DNA of 62,996 nucleotides, filler included, from Folioceros fuciformis (Eukaryota): assembly GCA_049999805.1 (NCBI GenBank). It is 16 parts of 16 records of this genome, joined end to end, with 100 filler letters (N's around TTAATTAATTAA, not from the genome) between each part and the next. Parts side by side here need not be neighbours in the genome. Positions count along the whole stretch, not along the records: positions 36,842 to 52,545 come from JBNGIO010004364.1; positions 52,646 to 58,562 come from JBNGIO010004365.1; positions 58,663 to 62,996 come from JBNGIO010004368.1; 13 more parts are not named here. One strand, 5' to 3'. A model generated the notes under the pieces. It worked only from the letters and a program-made list of their open reading frames with translations, ran no database searches and was not told the DNA's origin. This document shows positions 49,541 through 61,695 of this stretch, in pieces (the first letter of the stretch is position 1; the number at the start of each line of letters is the position of its first letter). Made by a program: the position numbers and the translations under genes.

Positions 49541-51815
49541 TGCTAACAGAGCGGAAGCTTTCAAACTAAGACCATAACTAATTTTAATGAGGAATCAGAG
49601 TAGCATATAAAGGTTTAACCAAGTACCTCTTGGTCTTAATCTAGGTTGTGCTAACCTGAGTTAACTAACCCATGTTGGGTTAAATCTACTCAAACACTCC
49701 TACTTAAGCCAACATGGCTAGGGCGTACAACTCTGACAACTAAGGCTTAGAGTTAGACACGGGTTCCTCACGAGTACTTGACGTCATTATGCATGCGTAC
49801 GCAAGCTCAGCATAAAGTAAGAGCAAGGCCATGGTACTCAACCTTACAACATGTATCAAAGATGTGAAAACAGAAAGGCAAATCAGCAAAAGACACAAAC
49901 ATGCTAGTCTTAGCAAGTAGATGAAGTATGAAGAGCCAGTTTGCACTTTTGCCAATCAAGACCTAAGACTACAAGTAGAGACTTAGAAGGGAGATAGACC
50001 GTAAATAGGATCCTACTAAATTGATCTAAGTTATTATGGATACTTAAACTATGCTAGTCCTAATGTTGCAGAGTGTTGAAAATGTCGACTCTTCAAGAGT
50101 CCTTTTGTAAGTATGTCCGCCGTGTTTTCATTTGTGTTATCATATTCCACCTTCACTATTCCTCGTTCTATGGCATCTCTTATATAATGATGATACAACT
50201 CAATATGTTTTGTGCACGCATGAAAATGAGGATTGGAAACCAGAGCAAAAGCACTCATGTTGTCACAGAATAGTTTCGTGGGGCCCTGCTGCTTCTGCTA
50301 GATGGACTCAAGAAACGGACTCTACCACTCAGCCTCCTTGCAAGCATAGGTAAGTGCTTTGTATTCAGCTTCTATAGATGATAAGGCAAGAGAAGTATGT
50401 TTCTTACAACTCCAACTCACCACTGTAGAAGAAAGTAAGAAGTAGTAGGAAGAAAGGATCTTGCGTGAATCTATATCTAAGGCCCAATCAACATCTGCAA
50501 AAGAGGTATGTAACAAATGCCTATTTCCACTTGTAGAGTAACCATAGGAATTTTGCCTTTTAGGTATCTGTATATTTGTTTGACAGTAGCCCAATGAACA
50601 TGCCCGAGCTGCTCCAAAAACTGTGACAACACATTGACGAAATAACTAATGTCAAGGCGAGTCCAATTGGAGAGGAAGATCAGACAACCCACGGCCTCGG
50701 CATAAGGGACAACAGCCATTCTGCAGCATCAAAACTAGACTAATAAACAACTGTTAATTTAACCCCCACTGCCGAGGGAGTGGATACAAGACAAGCATCC
50801 TGCAAATTAAAACGATGTAGGATCTCCTTCAAATATTTGGTTTGATGCGATGTAATTAAACCAGCTGACCGATCCCTCAAAATCTGGATGCCCAAACAAA
50901 ATTGCAGATCTCCTTGGTCTATCATCTCAAACTCACAGCACAACATGTCCTTAACAGTTGCAAGCTACTCCAAGTTGGTACTCAACAACACACAATCATC
51001 CACGTAAAGTGCAAGGATAACAAATTGAGCACAAGTCGAGAGAAAGAACACATTGCTGTCAGCAAGAGACTAAAGAAAGCCAAGTTGTTTAAGGTATTTC
51101 ATAATCCGCTTATACGAAGCCCTAGGTGACTGTTTTAACCCGTAAATGGTTTTAAGGAGCTTGCATACTTTCTAAGGATGCTGCTTATCAACAAAACCCT
51201 CGTGCTCATCCATATAAAGAGTTTCCTCTAACTCACCATGCAAGAATGCAGTGCAAACATCCATTTGCTGGACCTCCAGATCAAGCTTAGCTGCTAGGGC
51301 CATCAAAAGCTGAATGGATGAAGGTTTGACCATAGGAGAGAAGGTGTCTCCACAGACAATACCATGTATCTGACTAAACCCTATAGCAACTAATCAAGAT
51401 TTGTATCTAGCTATGGTTCCATCAGCATGTAACTTGGTTTTAAAAGCCCACTTATAGCTAATTGGTTTTTATCTTACTGGCAGATCCACCAACGCCCAAG
51501 TTTGATTTTTATCAATGAGTTATACTTGTTAGCAATAGAAATCTTCCATTTCTCACCATCAGGACCATTAAGGGCTTCAGCATAGGATTGTGGATCTGGA
51601 TGAACATCATGTACACGTAGATCAGCAACATAAGCTTGAGGTCACCTAAAATCTATGGATTGATAAGGGGGTTCTGACCACTGCTCCCTAGGACGTCTTT
51701 CACGAGTGGGATACCAAGATTCAAGTGGGATACAGCAGGATCTAGAGAAAGGACAATAGGCTGGACAGCCAGGTCTTCATCACCATCTGAACCAGGATAA
51801 TCTGCATGGGAGGCT
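49541..51815 (-). mobile_element. Ty1/copia element D (RT-RNase H, PPT, short 3' LTR), degenerate
   Basis: Minus-strand RT and RNase H motifs (LYVDDC, NWTRLDI, ALSSIEAEY, HACTKHIELYHHYIRD). PPT at 49705-49697, then a TG...CA candidate LTR at 49696-49541. Related to the 22249 fragment. Confidence 0.88.
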
Positions 51816-52699
51816 TGCTAGAAACCACACTTAGGGTCCTAAAGAGCTAACTTGGGTGTGTCTTGTTGTGAACCTCCAAAGTTTGGGGTAGTAGTTTGTT
51901 TTGGTTGAAAAAGGGTTAATAGTGGTATGGTATGGTTTTCTTTTTCAACCTATTTTCCCTAATTTTCCTTTATTTTCTGGTCATTCCTATTTTTCTTTGT
52001 GCTAATTAGGTTAATTGACCAGGAAATAGTTGGTTTGGTTATAAGAGTAGGTATAGGTTTGGTCCCAAACCTGGGAAGGTTTAGGTTTGGTACCAGGCCA
52101 TAGGGTTGGGAAAGTTTGAGTCTAGGTATGGTGATTAGTTTAATATTAATTAAAGATATAATTATTAAATAATTAAACAATAATATAATAATATTAAATA
52201 ATAAAATAAGGGTTTGAACATAGGAACAGGTATCTGGGTATGTCAGGGTCTGACAATAGGCTGGCTGATTGCTTGGCTGGCATGAATGGCCATGGAGGCC
52301 ATGCCCTAGCTAGAGCTAGAGGCAGGGGTTGCGGCCGTCGCCACCCCTTTTCCCCCTTTCTCCCTTCCTCCTCCATTCCCTTCTTGCTACCTCTTCTTCT
52401 TCTTCCCCTTCCCTCTCATCTCCCTTCCCATCTTTTTGTGCCTCTTCTTCTTTGGATCTAGATTGCAGGCAAGAGGAGGGATCGACAGGTGATGGGAGCG
52501 AATGTGTGCAGGAGAGGAGGCTGAGGCGAGCTGTAGGATTCGGCTNNNNNNNNNNNNNNNNNNNNNNNNNNNNNNNNNNNNNNNNNNNNTTAATTAATTA
52601 ANNNNNNNNNNNNNNNNNNNNNNNNNNNNNNNNNNNNNNNNNNNNAAACACACATTGCCTTTGATTTAATTTATCATTTTTGTGCACTTGTACGTTCAG

Positions 52700-54024
52700 A
52701 GTAGAATAGCTTCCGCTTATTTATTTAGACTAAAGATTGCTGCTCTTGTCCTCCACTGCCTAACCTTAAGCAAAAGGTGTCGAAGCCAACATTTTCTACA
52801 TGCCATAAACATAGCAAGATTCTCACAGCCTCTGCCCATATGGCTCGTAGAGCACCTATTTCAACAGCAGCATCATCCACAAGGAAAGCACTGGGTTGCC
52901 ATAGTGGACTGTGATGCTTTATATGCATTTGAAATGCATACAACCACGCCTGTATATCCTCCACCACTGTCCGTGATAATCCAAGCAGCAGGGACTCAAC
53001 TGTTGCAATTATCAAAGACCAACAAGGTGTACAAGTGGAACTTGTACTTATTGGTGCCAAAAGTGGCATCAAGGAAGATCACACTATTATTTCCAAATTA
53101 AAGCATCATAGACTTCTGAAAAGTTGTTTGCACCCCTAGTGTAAAGGGGTCTGGATAGAAATGGTACCATACGATGTTATTGTGAGCTTCTATCCACATT
53201 TGGACACTTACCTCATCGTTGGGATGATACTAGTAAAAGCCTGTGGTCACAGTTGATGCAATGTTATCGATGTCACGAGGTTGAAGGAAGTCATCACGAC
53301 AGGGTTCATAACCACATGCCTGTGCTTTCATATCTACTCTTTGAACATGCTCTAAATAGATTTGTCTTTTAGTGGCTCCTGCAAAAAGTCTGTGTTGGAC
53401 CCATGTTCTTATCTCACTACTCAAATAAGCAGCAAACCTTGCCTGTGGGTTTGCATTGTACTGAGAGCCATGACAAATTTCACCGGAGTTGTCAATGTGT
53501 TGGTTATGGACAATAAACACCGCTGCAAGATGAGGCCAACAAGCAAGCTGCTTAACATCAAAGTGGTATTGACAACCATGCTTCACACTAGAGAGTCTTA
53601 ATATCTTGCTTTTGCATTTCCCTGTGCTTTGAGATACCTGTATAGCTAGCTCCTTGTTCCGAAAATCTATTCCTCCAAAGGCACACCAATACTTGGAGTG
53701 CCTAAGCCAAGACTACATGTTTTGTCTACGTACAAAGTTAGTTTCCCTTGCGTTTTTGTCAGTTTCTTTCCAGAACGAGGTAGGAAATGAACGGTCCATA
53801 CTATCTCTGTGGAGCAAGTTCTCCCCTCTATCCCACCGAGTGATGGCGACATTAGACAACAATGGAGTACATTTTCTTTCAGGCAACACTTGTTTGTCGA
53901 TAACAACAAAAGATAATGTCAAATCAAGAACTCTGAAAGGACCTTGCGAACAAGGTCTGCGCCTAACGGTCGTATTCCATGAAGCCCGTTTGGCGCACTT
54001 TTGAATGTACACCATCCTAGTCAC
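52700..54024 (-). pseudogene. Mutator-like (MULE/SWIM-type) transposase, degenerate, 3' end off the scaffold
   Basis: YWCAFG...KHGCQYHFDVKQL...HIDNSGEICHG...RDDFL...PFTLGVQT...LDATFGTNKYKFHLYTLLVFD...VPAAWII...WQPSAFLVDDAAVEIGAL...LLCLWHV. This gives the MULE DDE core and the CxxH motif. It has stops and a frameshift. Confidence 0.85.
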
Positions 54025-54324
54025 ATATCCACAATTAAGCTGTTTTTAAAAAAACATATTGTTTGGACATGTCGTGGACACCAGACATAATAAAAAATGA
54101 CTAAACCAACTCAATCCAATTGAGACAAAAAGTAGAAGACCGATTAAATTTTGCCTAAAAACCGAATCCTCCTTTGAGTGCGCCGCCGCTCTACCGGCGC
54201 ACTGAACAGTGTGGTTCACTAAAAAGAACCTGGCTATGTGCCTGCTATGAATAAAAAACCTTTACCAGTCGCTTTTAAATAAAGGCATATTGTACCACAA
54301 ACTGCAAGTATTTTCAAATCTTGT

Positions 54325-57300
54325 CTATATCAAGTCATGTACATCTTGGATGGCCTCAGAATCGACAACTATCTCTACGTCCTTCAAGCGCTGGCCCTCT
54401 ATGTCGCCTCCTTCGTCTCCTTCCACCTCAAGAACCAAGAAATGAGGATCATCCACTGTCTGAGGCAGAAGCGTGCCATTCTCATCCCAAATGGTCATTG
54501 CATACAGATCTTCCACTGGTCTGTCGTCTGAGTGAGTAATAACTTCACCTTTCTTCCCCAGCAAACTGTACACCTGCATCCGCCGATCCACGCTTCCGTC
54601 GGCGCAAACTTTTTTAGCCCAAAACTTTATGGGCACATGAGAGAACGGGTCTGTGCTGATTTCTTCATCAGCGTCTTGCAAAGAACCAAGGCCATTCACT
54701 CTCTGCATCATGTATGTCGTGCATCGTATATCAATGTCCATCGCGACAACATGCCTCTCCCTCTGAATAGTCATGTTTTTATAGATCGATAAATTGATTA
54801 ACAGCGAGCACAAGGCANNNNNNNNNNAACACTTTAAACCTAATCTACGAGGTGCGAAACTATTCTATCCAACAAATAGCAGCCTAAAGGAACAATCCGG
54901 ATCCTGCACAGGCATCCACTATCCAGTCTCCTTCAACCGAAAACATGTTCACCAGCATTCCCATTAACCCCAACGGCTTCTTATGTGGGGAGACGACCAT
55001 CGAATCAGCCGAGTGAAAAAGATGTTTTTTCATGACAGCCCCATGCCTTATCACTCTTGGCAGAAGAAATCCCTGATTCGCAAATAAGGCTGCTTTGGTG
55101 GTATGAGCTTCCGAGTGGACTGCACTTCCAACTGTCAGGTACTCCACAGTCTCTACTGCCCCTGCATTAGGAGGAATGTTGGTCTTTTCCCAAACCAATG
55201 TCTGCATGGTGCCTTTCTTGCACCATGGCCTAAGTGCCTCTCTCGCCTGTGAGATGAGGTCAACCCCATGCATGAGGACCACTCGATAAACATTGCGACT
55301 TGTGCATTCAGAAAACCCCTTGATCATGTCTTCAAGGTCCTCGCTAGTCAACTGCATGTCATAATCATGTCGTTGGAGACCACGAGGCAAATCAGCGAAC
55401 AATAGGGTATAAGGTCTCTTTACCAAAAATCCGCTCATCTCCAGAACGCTTCTCTGCATCACTTGATATTTCGTTTTTTGGTTGTTGTTGGGAACTATGA
55501 ACTCTGACAAACCAGCATCCGTATCGGCGTTCGCTAGTTTTTGCTTCTCCTCTTCTAACCGTTTCCAATTCCTTGCTGAGTACACGTAATCCTGGAACGG
55601 CTTGGGCAACGATTCCAGGTCGTTTATATCTACATGTTTCTGCCAACAAATATCTTCGTCAGCAAACTATATTACTTTCATTAGTCAAAGTGGTTGGAGT
55701 GCGCCGGTCGATCGGCGCACTCCAACCACCTAACCACAGAAGTTGGACAGTCCGGAGGTTGGCTTGGCTAGTGGTTGGAGTGCGCCGGTAGACCGGCACA
55801 CTCCAACCCTAATGAAAGACTGAGGCCAGACTCAGGCTAGAGTGCGCTGGTAGACAGGCGCACTCCAGCCACCATGCAGTCTGTATGACAGTATTTGGCT
55901 GGAGTGTGCCGGTCTACCGACGCACTCCAGACAGAGTCTCTGCCTTAGTCTTTCATTAGGGCTGGAGTGCGCTGGTAGACCGGCGCACTCCAGCCACTGA
56001 CCAAGCCTACCTGTCGACAGTCCAACATTAGCTGAGATTCATGAAGCAACTGAAAGAAAACTTACCACTTTTGCAAAGGCCGTCTAGAATCGAAGAAGAT
56101 TCGCGTCTTCAGTGTGCTTGGGGTATATCTGCTCAGCTTCTTTGAAGGTTGCGCATTTCAGAGCTATCCGGAACGCATGTTGTATCAGGTGAATCTTCTT
56201 CCCCTACGTCCATGTCCTTTAGCTGGAGCTTCCCCTAGATGACCTTCTAGGTTACTGCGATGAGCATCTCTTCCCCTTTTGCACCTGCTGGAACTCCTTG
56301 AAAGGCCCTCCAAGGCTTGCCCTGCATTGCGGTAACCTTTTTTGTGGACTCATCAGCCACAGGGGTGCTATTGGAAGCTATGCCAACTTCCCGTGGTTTC
56401 CTCTTCGCTTTGGCCCGCTTCTTCATGCCTGTGCTCCCTCCTACTACCTGTTCTGGAAGCTCGCTCCTCTCCCACATCTTAAAAATCCTGTCAACATTTT
56501 CCCACAGGACTCCACTGCACCTTGCTACCCGATATGGTAGTGTCTGCCTATCTACCATCTTCTGTACCCAGTCAATATCCCTTGGGTCACCTGCCTCATC
56601 CGTCATCCCCAACAACTTGTAGAGATTAAACTTCCACTTCACCAGTGGCTTCTCGTTCAGTCCATGGCTCCTGTAGAAAATATCCAACTCGTCATGGATG
56701 TATCTTACTTGCTAGATGAAGCCCATCCTCTTCCGTTTGTCCGCAAAACCATTGTGATCTACTGCGAGGACTCGCATTTCCTCATCCATCAGGCCTGCAT
56801 AAACATGCCCTTCCATTCACTCATATTTGTCCTCTGTTGGGTACATCTGATGGAGCTTCTGCATAGCTGCGAAGCAATGGTTGCCCCCAAGCACTCTCAT
56901 CTTGTAACCCTGCGCTGTGATCTTCTCCATCGAAACATCTTCCTTCTTCGAAGCCTGTTTCGGATCAATCATGCATAGGAGAGGTAAAATACCTTCCTTC
57001 ACAGACCCTATCTGCATCTACCTGACCAGGCACTTCATCCAGGCTTCGTCAACCTCACGAATCTGTGCATTCGCTGTTATATAACTTGCAGGGTGGAGGA
57101 TATCCACATGAAGATCAAATGTCGTCGAGCGGATCCTTTTCGCATGCGCTTTTCTTCGAACAGCATTGAGGTAGTCCTCATCCTGCGCAACCCTCTCCAT
57201 CCGTTTAGCGTTTGTCTCTACTGTTTGGGGTGGCTCGTCCTCGAAAGTAGGCCCTTGAGCCTGCCGCCTTTGTTTCCGCCTAGCAGAAGCCTCATTGACA

Positions 57301-57344
57301 AGCCCTCCCGACCTGCTCTTCCTCTTCTGGGGTGAAGCTGCCAC
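54325..57344 (-). pseudogene. ParB/Srx-like domain fused to a beta-class N6-adenine/N4-cytosine DNA methyltransferase; intron-containing, disrupted
   Basis: ParB-like part: IREVDEAWMKCL...RVLGGNHCFAAMQKL...VYAGLMDEEMRVLAVDHN. Intron 56065-55640 (GTAAG...GGCAG). MTase part: LLFADLPRG, LVWEK, PHKKPLGLMGMLVNMFSVEGDWIVDACAGSG and RHVVAMDIDIRC...QRV. Confidence 0.75.
55690..56026. repeat. Foldback array of five 28-bp palindromes
   Basis: GGAGTGCGCCGGTAGACCGGCGCACTCC variants at 55696, 55777, 55839, 55901 and 55964. The intervening segments are reverse complements of each other. Confidence 0.92.
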
Positions 57345-57424
57345 TGAACCACATCAGCTGTTACATCCGATGTCCACGACAGGAAACCAGACAGGAAACC
57401 AGACCAGACCAAATTGCAGATTGA

Positions 57425-58295
57425 TTAGCAAGATACGAGCCTGTGGCTCTTTTTTGAGACCTCGCAGGAGAGGTCGTGGCTGTCTTTCTTCTTCCTTTGG
57501 ACTGGGGTGCCAGTAGGTCGGCGCACCGTCTTCTGCTTCTTCCTCGGTGGCGTCACCTCAACGGGCGATTCCTCTTCTTCTTCCTGTTCATCGTGTAAGC
57601 CTCTTCCAGCATCTAGTGCCTCATTGAGGTTGTCTTCAGTGGAGGAGTAACCACCCATCTCCTTCTCTTGGTCACTGCTCAGCTCCTCCACCTCACGCAG
57701 TTCGTCTTCCGACAGCTCTGGCTGTATGCACGGCATCTCCGTCACCCTTCCTGCGCTAACACCGAAATCTGCGAAGGTCGCAATTTGTTGGCGCTCTCCG
57801 GCAATCCTGGATGCAAGGCCTTGGTTCTTCAGGACGCAATCGGCACAGAATCGCAAGATAGTTCGACGGAACTGTTCGCCTCCCTGTTACACCCACAAGA
57901 TGCAAGTAATTAGGGTTTAGGGTTTGTTGGGTTAATAAGCCTAAATAAGTAAGCAATAACAGTTGGGATAATTAACTGCTAGGTTAATAAACTGAAATAA
58001 ATGATTAAGCTAATCATATACTAACATCTTGCACATTAAGACAATCTTTCAAAGTCGTTTTTAGCCACATCGGTTCACAGCGCCGCAGCACAGCTTTTGC
58101 AACATTGACCACAATCAGGCTGTGGCTATCGTAGTCATCGGTGATATGGCTTGGTGGGTGCCGCGTGCAAATGAAATTGACGTGTGTTTCGTCTTCCACA
58201 CCGTCAACGGATGCACAAAGAATCCACCCAGGCCTCCCTGCCTCATCGTCCGACAAGCCTGGGAAACCGTTAATCCACAGAGCCATGAGCGGCAC
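57425..58295 (-). pseudogene. Uncharacterised coding segments (Cys-containing, acidic, basic NLS-like), a separate gene or 5' exons of the ParB-MTase gene
   Basis: ORFs 58295-58014 and 57856-57425 are separated by an AT-rich intron-like stretch. Contains an acidic tract and PPRKKQK. Confidence 0.4.
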
Positions 58296-58959
58296 TGTTA
58301 ATCACTGTGAACTTTCGGAACCCCCATTTTGAGCGATGGAATGAGCAGGTAGTGATTTTTTTTGTGAAGGGACAAGCGAATCGGCTTGGTAGGTAAATGG
58401 GCTTTGAGGTTTGGGGTGTACTGGAGACTGGGACAAGGAGGGGGAATGAGCGAGTGCCTCCTTGGCCCTCGGGTCATTGAGAACATTAAGGACCAACTCT
58501 GTAGGTAGGTGAGTGGGGTATGTCCTTGGCCTTTGGTGGTCCGGGGCCCCTTAGGTCTCTATNNNNNNNNNNNNNNNNNNNNNNNNNNNNNNNNNNNNNN
58601 NNNNNNTTAATTAATTAANNNNNNNNNNNNNNNNNNNNNNNNNNNNNNNNNNNNNNNNNNNNAGCGTCTGCTGTGGATACTGGGAGATTTCTTTTGTTAA
58701 GTTTTTCTGGTGCGGGGGCTGGAGTAGACTAGGTTGGCGGGGAGGGTGCTTTACTACCTCTTGACCACCGGGTCGGGGCAGCAGACTCTCGGAGAGGAGT
58801 ACTGTGACATTTCTCAGGTCGGTGTAGTGGTTGGTCGGTTGTAAACCGGTTGCAGTGTTTTGGGGCAGGATTTGATGTGGAAGTTTGTGCTTGCAGGTTG
58901 CTGGTTCCAACGGCCTTCCTCCCACTCCGGCCAGGCGGATTTTGTTTGTGGTGTTCCAG

Positions 58960-60363
58960 ACTGTCTTGCCCTATGTCGGCCACCGCCTCAGGTGCTTGTA
59001 GCAACGCTGTGGTGTTGTGGCCTATCCTTGAGTACGTTGTGGCGTTAGTAGCTGGGAGGTTAAGATGCTGAGCGGATGGGGGCTGCCTGCTGTGTCACAG
59101 TACAAGGGCGGCAGTGAGAGGACTGTCTCTCGCAAGTCAGAGCCCAGAGGATGACGTCCACGATGGGAATTTGGATCCGACAGCTGGTTCGAGAGACAGG
59201 GATAGCCACGCTGGCAGACATGTAGCGCTCGGACAAGAGGATGGACACGTTGGACGAGCGGGGAATGATTTGCGACAAGTCTCCTCCAGTAGTGCAGAGG
59301 TAACGGTGTCAAGAGCATCTGAGGTGATGCAGAGGGTGCAGAGGGCTTGGCTTACAGCGCTGCAGTATTGGCCTGTGGTACGAGGCGTGCTTCTTCCTCG
59401 TGACCACGTCTTTGCCGCATCCCTGGCTGCCCTATGTTATATTTCCAACTCCATGCAGTTTTATGATTCGTTGTTGCTGCAGGTGTTGCCATCTGTGCGT
59501 GAGGCTCTGTTATTGATTGTTCGTACACATCTCATGTTTTTTTATTTCGAAGGTGTGTAGCATGGCTCTAATTGCTGGCTTTGTGGGATGTTGTTTTGGG
59601 CTTCCTCTTATATTGTTCTTATTGTTGCAGGTGCCTATTACCATTTGGCGAAGCGTGCGGCAGGAATTCGTTACATTTTCATGGGGAGGCCTACTCAACA
59701 GAGGCCCAGGTTAGTCATGCTAGTGTCTGCAAGACTTTGGTGTGCACTTAACGAAAGGCGAAGGCAGGCCTTTTTCTGTTGGGAGCCTGATTGGGGATTT
59801 CCGTGACGTTTTGCTTCAGGTACTACATGCTTGGCTTGTTTCTTCTCATTCAGCTCACTATTCTTGGAGGAGACTGGTTACGAAGAAGCATCATTCCTGC
59901 GCTAGCGAACTCCATGCACCTGCACTCGCAGGATCCGCCTCTATCAACGGCAGGTGGAGGCTACGCTACCTTGGAACAGACATCGACAGCATGCTGGTCC
60001 ACTAATTCTGATGGTGCATTTTATGGTCGGCATTTGCACAGGTCATCGTGGTATCGCCATGCTAGATGAGGATGGGAANNNNNNNNNNNNNNNNNNNNNN
60101 NNNNNNNNNNNNNNNNNNNNNNNNNNNNNNNNNNNNNNNNNNNNNNNNNNNNNNNNNNNNNNNNNNNNNNNNNNNNNNACTTACTGTTGATAGAGAGGTT
60201 GGATTCCGGGTCAACTGTTGCATTCCAGGTAACTGATGTCTGTGTCACTGTTGGTGACAGGAAGTGCATAGTGGGCTGGTGCAATGAGAAGCCAGAATGT
60301 CCACTTTGTCGCGCCCCAACATCTCATAGGAATTTGGTTTGCATCTACCGGGCAGACTTTTAG
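58960..60363 (+). CDS. PEX10: Peroxisome biogenesis factor 10, 3' exons (58960-58991, 59101-59377, 59483-59552, 59631-59709, 59820-59953, 60042-gap, 60261-60363)
   Basis: Spliced translation ...QYWPVVLPSVREALLLIVRTHLMFFYFEGAYYHLAKRAAGIRYIFMG...QRPRYYMLGLFLLIQL... and the RING end CIVGWCNEKPECPLCRAP...LVCIYRADF* match plant PEX10. Introns are GT-AG. Confidence 0.92.
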
Positions 60364-60854
60364 ATTAACTCATTCCTGTCTACTCTCCATGCCCGTGCCT
60401 TGTAAGTGTACAAATTCGGTATGACCTTCGCCCACATAGATCAAAACGCGCACCCGTAGGACATAATAGCTTCCTTGAACGCGACGTATGGGACCCATGC
60501 AGGAGCTCAAGGGATCCACTGCCTCCGACCCAATTGGACCGTCACTGGCTTGACATCAGTCTCAACTGGTTGTTTCACTAAATGTGGATTTATGCCATAA
60601 CGGGCATCGACAGCTTTGCTCCGATAGCTGACTCTTTCTACGACCAATAGCATAACAATATTCGACACCTTTGCGCCGACAGGTGACTCTTTCTAGATAA
60701 GAATATTCGAGTTTAGGGTATGTGTTCCAAAGTCTTAAATTTTATTTTTTCAATTATTGAAAAAAAAATGGAAAGTCTATCTATAAACTCAAGCTGAGCC
60801 ACAAGCAAGTTGAGCCACAGGTCAAAAGGGTACCCGAAGGATACTAACTCCTTC

Positions 60855-61695
60855 GAGTACTTAGCTTCTTAGTACATCTTTCAAAATTTCATGATGCAGA
60901 ATAAGAATAACAAAAGGCCTACTTATTACCATGGCACTTAGCTTCTTAAACATCTTTCAAAATATCATGATGCGGGATAACAAAAGGCCTACTTACCACC
61001 ATGGTACTTCGCTTCTTTAGAATATAATTCTCAAAAACTATGTACTGCTCTCAAAATGTCATAATGCGGAATAATAAAGCCTTCCTACTACTGGGTATTG
61101 GGTATGAAGAAACCGCTTTATGTCATGATGTGGAATAACAAAGCCTTCCTACCATTGGTTATGAAGAAACTGCTTTAACCTATTAGCCAATACTCTCTAG
61201 CAATGAATATACTTTGTGGGAAAATACTCTCTGCAAAGCAATGAATATACGTTGTTGGAAGAACATAGTTCTCAAAAACTATGTATTGCTCTCAAAATGG
61301 CATGATGCAGAAAAACAAAGCCTTCATACCACCGGTTATGAAGAAACCGCTTTAACCTGTTGGCCAATACTCTCTACAAAGCAATGAATATACATTGTCG
61401 GAAAATAGTCTTTGCAAAGCAATGAATATACATTGTTGGAAAATACTCTCTGCAAAGCAATGAATATACGTTGTCGGAAAATACTGTCTGCAAAGCAATG
61501 AATATATGTTGTCGGAAAATACTCTCTGCAAAGCAATGAATCGGAAAATACTCTCTGCAAATCAACGAATATAGTTGTCGGAAAAAAAAGAGGAGAACAT
61601 CATTCTATGACTCTGCTAAACCTTGGCATAGCAATGAATATACGTTGTCGGAAAAGGGAGAACAACATTCTATGACTCTGCTAAACCTTGTCATA
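60855..61695. repeat. Compound tandem-repeat block including a 38-bp unit
   Basis: CAAAGCAATGAATATACATTGTCGGAAAATACTCTCTG repeats at about 61377-61560, with longer diverged duplications upstream. Confidence 0.85.

Noticed and set aside
55696-55991. CRISPR array
   Set aside because: The spacers are reverse complements of each other, there are no cas genes, and it sits in a spliceosomal intron.
57911-57925. Telomeric repeat TAGGGTTTAGGGTTT
   Set aside because: Only about two units, too short to call.
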